Source: an uncultured Phascolarctobacterium sp.
GTDB taxonomy: Bacteria; Bacillota; Negativicutes; Acidaminococcales; Acidaminococcaceae
NCBI GenBank assembly: GCA_900552005.1
Contig: URXU01000009.1
Coordinates: forward strand, 5,045-69,044
Length of the DNA stretch: 64,000 nt
Direction of reading: 5' to 3'
Part shown: positions 59,224 through 64,000 of the stretch, in pieces
Numbering within the stretch: the stretch's first letter is position 1
How the letters are laid out: the number at the start of each line of letters is the position of its first letter
Notes under the pieces: generated by a model
The model's input: only the letters and a program-made list of their open reading frames with translations
Told to the model about the DNA's origin: nothing
Database searches by the model: none
Made by a program: the position numbers and the translations under genes

Positions 59224-60003
59224 CTAAACATAATATAAAAATTTATAATTATATTTTTTATAAATATATAAGCCTATAAAGAGAAATCCCAGTGAATAAA
59301 TAAGTAAGAGTAAATGCAGCCATAGCTCCGGAATAGTATTATACAGAACTATACTGCGGCAGTAATCAATACAAGCAAACACAGGATTAGCATAAAAAAG
59401 ATATTGTATTTTTTCAGGAAAAGTTTCAATACTGTAAAAAATGGCTGATCCATACATTACAAGTTGAGTAAAAACCCTATACAAATATTGTATATCTCTA
59501 AAAAAAACAAATAAAGCCGAAAGAATCAACCCAATACCCATATTCATAATAATAAGGCAAAAAATAGGATAAAACAGTAAAATAAATTTCCAAGAAAAAT
59601 CTATCCCATCAAAAATCATAAACAAAAAATAAATAATAAGTATAATACAAAAATTAATCAATGAAGATGCATTTTTGGAAATTAAAAATAAATACTTAGG
59701 AACATTTATTTTACTAAATATCCCTGCATTACTCATTAGTGATTGCATTCCTTCATTAGTAGCATCAGTAAAATAGTTAAATACTACTAATCCTGTAAAA
59801 AGATAGATTATATAATGCTCCATATGTCTGCCAAAGAAGTGCCCAAAAATTAAAGCCATTACACATAACATAAGTAATGGCGATAACACACTCCAAAGCA
59901 TTCCCAATATTGTCCGCTTATATTTTTGTTTAAAGTCTCTTTTAACTAGTTCTTCTAACAAAAAATAATGCCGTTTAATTCTATAAATAACTAAATTTTT
60001 CAT
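59224..60003 (-). CDS. ABC-2 type polysaccharide exporter permease (Wzm/TagG type)
   Basis: 259 aa, 6 TM segments, N-terminal LVKRDFKQKYKRTILG ABC-2 signature. Very AT-rich. Confidence 0.85.
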   Translation of the reverse strand: MKNLVIYRIKRHYFLLEELVKRDFKQKYKRTILGMLWSVLSPLLMLCVMALIFGHFFGRHMEHYIIYLFTGLVVFNYFTDATNEGMQSLMSNAGIFSKINVPKYLFLISKNASSLINFCIILIIYFLFMIFDGIDFSWKFILLFYPIFCLIIMNMGIGLILSALFVFFRDIQYLYRVFTQLVMYGSAIFYSIETFPEKIQYLFYANPVFACIDYCRSIVLYNTIPELWLHLLLLIYSLGFLFIGLYIYKKYNYKFLYYV

Positions 60004-60053
60004 ATTAGTTATACTCCAATATATTTCATAGATTATATAACTATACAGTTACC

Positions 60054-60629
60054 TTAGAATCCACCATATTTTTCCAAAAATTCTTTAAAAGTCTGTAAAT
60101 TTTTATCTTTATCAGCTAAAATTAAATTTTTCATTCCGCCGATTTTCTCCAGTGGCCATGCAACCGCAATATCTGGATCATTCCACATAATACCGTCATC
60201 ATATTCCCCATAAAACTTTTCACTGCATTTATAGGAAACAATAGAATCCTCTAATACTAAATAGCCATGAGCGCATCCTGACGGCACCAAAATTTCATTG
60301 TGCTTCTCACCAATCAAATCAAAGGCAAGCCACTGCTTAAATGTAGGACTATCTTTTCTTAAATCTACCACAACATCCCAAACATGACCCCAAATACAAC
60401 GTACAAGCTTAGGCTGCTGCATTACTCTCTGAAAATGCAAAGCACGTATTACCCCTTTATAACTAGTAGTATAAAATACTTCAGCCAAATCATGAGAAAT
60501 ACCATTCGCCTCAAAGACTTCTTTAGAATAATCTTTTGTAAAACAGCCCCGTACATCATCAGCGTTAAATGGTGTAATCTCAAAAAGACCAGAAATTTTT
60601 GTTTCTTTAAACTCAAATTTTTGAATCAT
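60054..60629 (-). CDS. RmlC-like NDP-4-keto-6-deoxyhexose 3,5-epimerase family protein
   Basis: Cupin epimerase pattern (RGCF.KDY, IRALHFQ, HGYLVLED, YDDGIMWNDPDI). ATGA overlap with the upstream SDR gene. Confidence 0.8.
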   Translation of the reverse strand: MIQKFEFKETKISGLFEITPFNADDVRGCFTKDYSKEVFEANGISHDLAEVFYTTSYKGVIRALHFQRVMQQPKLVRCIWGHVWDVVVDLRKDSPTFKQWLAFDLIGEKHNEILVPSGCAHGYLVLEDSIVSYKCSEKFYGEYDDGIMWNDPDIAVAWPLEKIGGMKNLILADKDKNLQTFKEFLEKYGGF

Positions 60630-61549
60630 ACTCTTTCCTCCAATGATTTCCACCATTCCATAGTTCTCTTGCACCCTTCAGCAAAGGAAACCTGTGCTTT
60701 AAAACCAGTATCCTGTTCTGTCTGAGTACAATCAAACTTACTTAATGGTAGATTTACACCGGTAAATGGGATATCTCCAAAGTTAAACGACAATTCTGGC
60801 GCAATGGAAGCTTGCATTTCCAATAAAAATTCTTTAAGAGTACGAGCCTGAGAACTGCCAATCAAATATTCATGGAAAGATTTACCCTTTTCTCCAATCA
60901 AACGAAAAGCTCTTGCCACATCATCAATATATACAAAATCATAATTCTGTGTCCCCGCTGTAAACTGCGGAACTTCTCCACGTATGCACTTCTGAATAGT
61001 TGTGTTAACCATTCTCGGACTTTTTTCTCCTACACCATAAGCATTGGTAATTTCAGGCCAAACAAGCTCTATCCCTATCTGAGCTGCCACAGACATACAC
61101 ATAATATGAGCAATAACCTTACCGCCGCCATAAATATAACCTAATCCTGGTTTATTTCCTTGAGTATATGCTGCTGCCATTGTTTCATGCTCCATAATAC
61201 TGCCTGCACATACAAAACGTGAACATCCTACCTCTTTTGCTGCACGTAAGGCATCTACCGTCCATTGTGCATTTTGCAGTTGGAGAACCGTATCTGCACG
61301 GGCAACTCCCGCACTGCCTGCCCAAGCAAAATGGTAGAAAATCTGATAAGAGTCTTCAGGTAATTTATCTTTTAAGCAAGACATTTCAGACAATTCACAA
61401 ACAATTGGAATCACACTAGAATCCTGCGGCAGATTTTTCCCTCTACCATCACGAACCAAAGCATAAATTTTATAGTCATGATTCAACAGTTCTTTAACTA
61501 CCGCACTGCCAATAAAACCATTTGCGCCCGAAACAATGGCAACTTTCAT
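60626..61549 (-). CDS. NAD-dependent epimerase/dehydratase-family (SDR) sugar-nucleotide reductase/epimerase
   Basis: 307 aa with Rossmann motif VSGANGFIGSA and a YGGGK catalytic-type motif. Size resembles the CDP-abequose/paratose synthase class. Confidence 0.7.
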   Translation of the reverse strand: MKVAIVSGANGFIGSAVVKELLNHDYKIYALVRDGRGKNLPQDSSVIPIVCELSEMSCLKDKLPEDSYQIFYHFAWAGSAGVARADTVLQLQNAQWTVDALRAAKEVGCSRFVCAGSIMEHETMAAAYTQGNKPGLGYIYGGGKVIAHIMCMSVAAQIGIELVWPEITNAYGVGEKSPRMVNTTIQKCIRGEVPQFTAGTQNYDFVYIDDVARAFRLIGEKGKSFHEYLIGSSQARTLKEFLLEMQASIAPELSFNFGDIPFTGVNLPLSKFDCTQTEQDTGFKAQVSFAEGCKRTMEWWKSLEERV

Positions 61550-61556
61550 TATAATT

Positions 61557-62624
61557 CTACTCCTTTTTGATATAATCCTTAATCTGACGATTCATTTCTT
61601 CAGCAATATCTCCATGTTCCATCCATACTTTTGTCCACTCAATTGTTTTTTCTACGGCTTCATCAATATGCCAACGTGGCTTCCAGTTAAAAACAGCCTT
61701 GACTTTAGAACAATCCAATTTCAGGAAATTTGCCTCATGAGGAGCATGAGGATCTGATTGATTAATCCAAGAAAATTCCTCTCCCCATTTGTGAGCAAAC
61801 AACTCTACCAGTTGTCCTGTTGTTACACAATCACATTCATCTGGTCCTATATTATACCATCCAGCTACTGTTTTATCTTCATATTGACGCTGCGCAATCA
61901 TCAAATACGCAAACAGTGGCTCCAAAACATGCTGATACGGACGCGTAGAATAAGGATTACGAATACCAAGCGGTCTCTTTGCTACAACCGCCCGCACACA
62001 ATCCGGAATAATACGATTGTTAGCAAAATCGCCACCTCCGATAACATTACCGGCACGAGCAGTAGAAATAGCAGGCGCGTCATTATCTTCAAAAAAACTG
62101 TTGAGATAGCTATGTGTAACCAGCTCAGAACAAGATTTTGAATTAGAATATGGGTCAAAACCGTCTAAAGGATCATTTTCACGGTATCCCCAACACCACT
62201 CATTATTATAATATACCTTATCAGTAGTAACATTTAAAAAACTGCGTACTTGTTTTGCATGACGCACACATTCTAAAATGTTCACCGTTCCCATAACATT
62301 AGTTTCATAAGTATACACAGGATCTTTATAGCTATCTCTTACAATTGGTTGCGCAGCAAGATGCAGTACAATCTCAGGCTTACTTTCATCAAAAGCTTTC
62401 TTTAATGCTTTTAAATCTCTGATATCTCCCAAATTTGAGTCCATATGAGATTTTAAATCTGCTAAAGAAAAAAGATTTGGTTCAGTAGGCGCTGATAAAG
62501 AATATCCAGTTACCTGAGCTCCAGCCTGAATAAGAATGCGGCAAAGCCATGCTCCTTTAAAGCCAGTATGCCCAGTAATAAACACTCTCTTGCCACGATA
62601 AAAATCTAAATCCATATACTCCAT
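61557..62624 (-). CDS. rfbG: CDP-glucose 4,6-dehydratase
   Basis: 355 aa. N-terminus FYRGKRVFITGHTGFKGAWL and YSNSK motif are hallmarks of RfbG. Confidence 0.88.
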   Translation of the reverse strand: MEYMDLDFYRGKRVFITGHTGFKGAWLCRILIQAGAQVTGYSLSAPTEPNLFSLADLKSHMDSNLGDIRDLKALKKAFDESKPEIVLHLAAQPIVRDSYKDPVYTYETNVMGTVNILECVRHAKQVRSFLNVTTDKVYYNNEWCWGYRENDPLDGFDPYSNSKSCSELVTHSYLNSFFEDNDAPAISTARAGNVIGGGDFANNRIIPDCVRAVVAKRPLGIRNPYSTRPYQHVLEPLFAYLMIAQRQYEDKTVAGWYNIGPDECDCVTTGQLVELFAHKWGEEFSWINQSDPHAPHEANFLKLDCSKVKAVFNWKPRWHIDEAVEKTIEWTKVWMEHGDIAEEMNRQIKDYIKKE

Positions 62625-63406
62625 TAATCAGCCCACACCTTCCAAGGCGCTTCACCTTGCGCCCACATCTTTTCCAGCTGCTCTTTTTCTCTCAGAGTAT
62701 CCATACATTGCCAAAAGCCAGTATGTTTATACGCCATAAGCTGTCCCAATTGAGCAACTGTTTCCAACGGTGCTTTTTCCAGTACGGTAGAATCACCCTC
62801 AATTAAGTCAATAAACTCAGGCTGACATACCATAAAACCAATATTAATAAGATTGCCATCTCCCTGCGTCTTTTCACGAAACTCAAGTACGTTCCCATTC
62901 TCACCAATATCCAAAACACCAAATCTTTGCCCTGCATTATAGGCAGACATGGTAACCATTTTACCATGTTTCTTGTGAAATTTTACCAATTCCGTAATAT
63001 TTATATTGGAAACGCCATCACCATAAGTCAACATAAATGGTTCATTACCAACATAATCTTTAATACGTTTTACTCTGCCACCCGTCATAGTATTTAGTCC
63101 GGTATCAACAACTGTTACTTTCCATGGTTCTGCATGATTGCAATGAACAATCATTTCATTTTTACCATTAGAAAAATCATAAGTAATATCTGATGTATGC
63201 AGAAAATAATCGGCAAAATATTCCTTAATAACATGCTGCTTATATCCGGCGCAAATAATAAATTCATTAAATCCATGCGCAGAATATAACTTCATTATAT
63301 GTAATAAAATAGGCATACCACCCAAATCTACCATAGGCTTAGGTTTAAACTGAGATTCCTCAGAAATGCGTGTTCCAAAACCACCTGCTAAAATTACTGT
63401 CTTCAC
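62624..63406 (-). CDS. rfbF: glucose-1-phosphate cytidylyltransferase
   Basis: 260 aa. N-terminus MKTVILAGGFGTRISEES..KPKPMV and C-terminal WQCMDT.REK..LE..W typical of RfbF. Confidence 0.9.
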   Translation of the reverse strand: MKTVILAGGFGTRISEESQFKPKPMVDLGGMPILLHIMKLYSAHGFNEFIICAGYKQHVIKEYFADYFLHTSDITYDFSNGKNEMIVHCNHAEPWKVTVVDTGLNTMTGGRVKRIKDYVGNEPFMLTYGDGVSNINITELVKFHKKHGKMVTMSAYNAGQRFGVLDIGENGNVLEFREKTQGDGNLINIGFMVCQPEFIDLIEGDSTVLEKAPLETVAQLGQLMAYKHTGFWQCMDTLREKEQLEKMWAQGEAPWKVWAD

Positions 63407-63410
63407 AATT

Positions 63411-64000
63411 TCACCTCTTAGTTTGATAGTAAAATATCATTTTTTTTATAATTTTATTGTAGTTCCAGAATATCAATTTTCCCCAAATAGTATTTCTATT
63501 TCTTTTAATATAACTAATTATCTTCCAAGGAATAGAATTTCGAATGTCTGACAATTCTTTTCTTAATCTTATGATTTCACTGTCATTATTTTTTTGTATA
63601 TCATTATTTGTTGAAATCAAAGGTATACTGGATTCAATATAGTCACGTTCTCGTATAGTGATGTACCCAGGTAATTCAACTCTATCATTAAAAATATGTG
63701 AACAAAAATGATAATGCGTTTTAGGCAAATTTTTATTTTCTATCAAGCATGTAGCATATGAACTTAATATATATATTTTATTATCATTAAATGTGTCTTT
63801 TTTCAAATCTATATAACACGCTGTAAGAATATTTTTTATACGTTTATTCAAAGGATATAAAACATTATTGTAAAAATTATATTCATATGTTTGCAAAATT
63901 ATTTTAAATAAATCATTACCTGCTATACCACCAAAAATTTCAGATGAATAATCTTTGTCATTTACCATGGAAACAAAAGCATCATTTCTACGAATTGTAT
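63411..64000 (-). CDS. hypothetical protein, 5'-partial (frame stays open to the window edge)
   Basis: 185-aa ORF from the ATG at 63968, but the same frame has no stop up to position 64000. Extremely AT-rich. No family recognised. Confidence 0.4.
   Translation of the reverse strand, partial: TIRRNDAFVSMVNDKDYSSEIFGGIAGNDLFKIILQTYEYNFYNNVLYPLNKRIKNILTACYIDLKKDTFNDNKIYILSSYATCLIENKNLPKTHYHFCSHIFNDRVELPGYITIRERDYIESSIPLISTNNDIQKNNDSEIIRLRKELSDIRNSIPWKIISYIKRNRNTIWGKLIFWNYNKIIKKMIFYYQTKR

Overview
The window is a chromosomal core region with Firmicutes-type gene order: mfd, yabM-like, yabN/mazG, hup, divIC/ftsB, S1-domain protein, tilS, hpt, ftsH, birA, coaX, dusB. The sporulation genes that sit in this block in Bacillus are absent. 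About 64 CDS are supported, mostly on the minus strand.

Main blocks, in order:
- glpX, sppA, pyrG, argS
- putP and pstSCAB-phoU, with a Pho-box-like promoter
- a complete hisZGDCBHAF(IE) operon
- a Mn2+ (yybP-ykoY type) riboswitch in front of a CaCA-family antiporter
- a T-box-controlled metY-metA operon
- a polyphosphate locus (ppx-ppk plus a divergent second ppx) followed by a small ORF and tRNA-Arg(CCU)
- an operon of a UDG-like protein, a split ThrE exporter, mntP and an M20 peptidase
- dcuC
- a gtrA / DAG-kinase-like / LtaS-like module
- a visibly AT-rich glycan locus: rfbB, wzt/wzm-type ABC exporter, rfbC-like, SDR, rfbG, rfbF and an unknown ORF running off the window

I found no CRISPR array, transposase, integrase, phage gene or recognisable defence system. 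The candidates for new biology are modest. They are the Mn riboswitch-CaCA pairing, the LtaS-like/DAG-kinase/GtrA operon next to the glycan island, a CDP-sugar module with an RmlC-like epimerase but no 3-dehydrase, an exported CMD+cupin pair, and an ORF-tRNA dicistron. All functional calls come from motif and family recognition by eye. No searches or computations were run.
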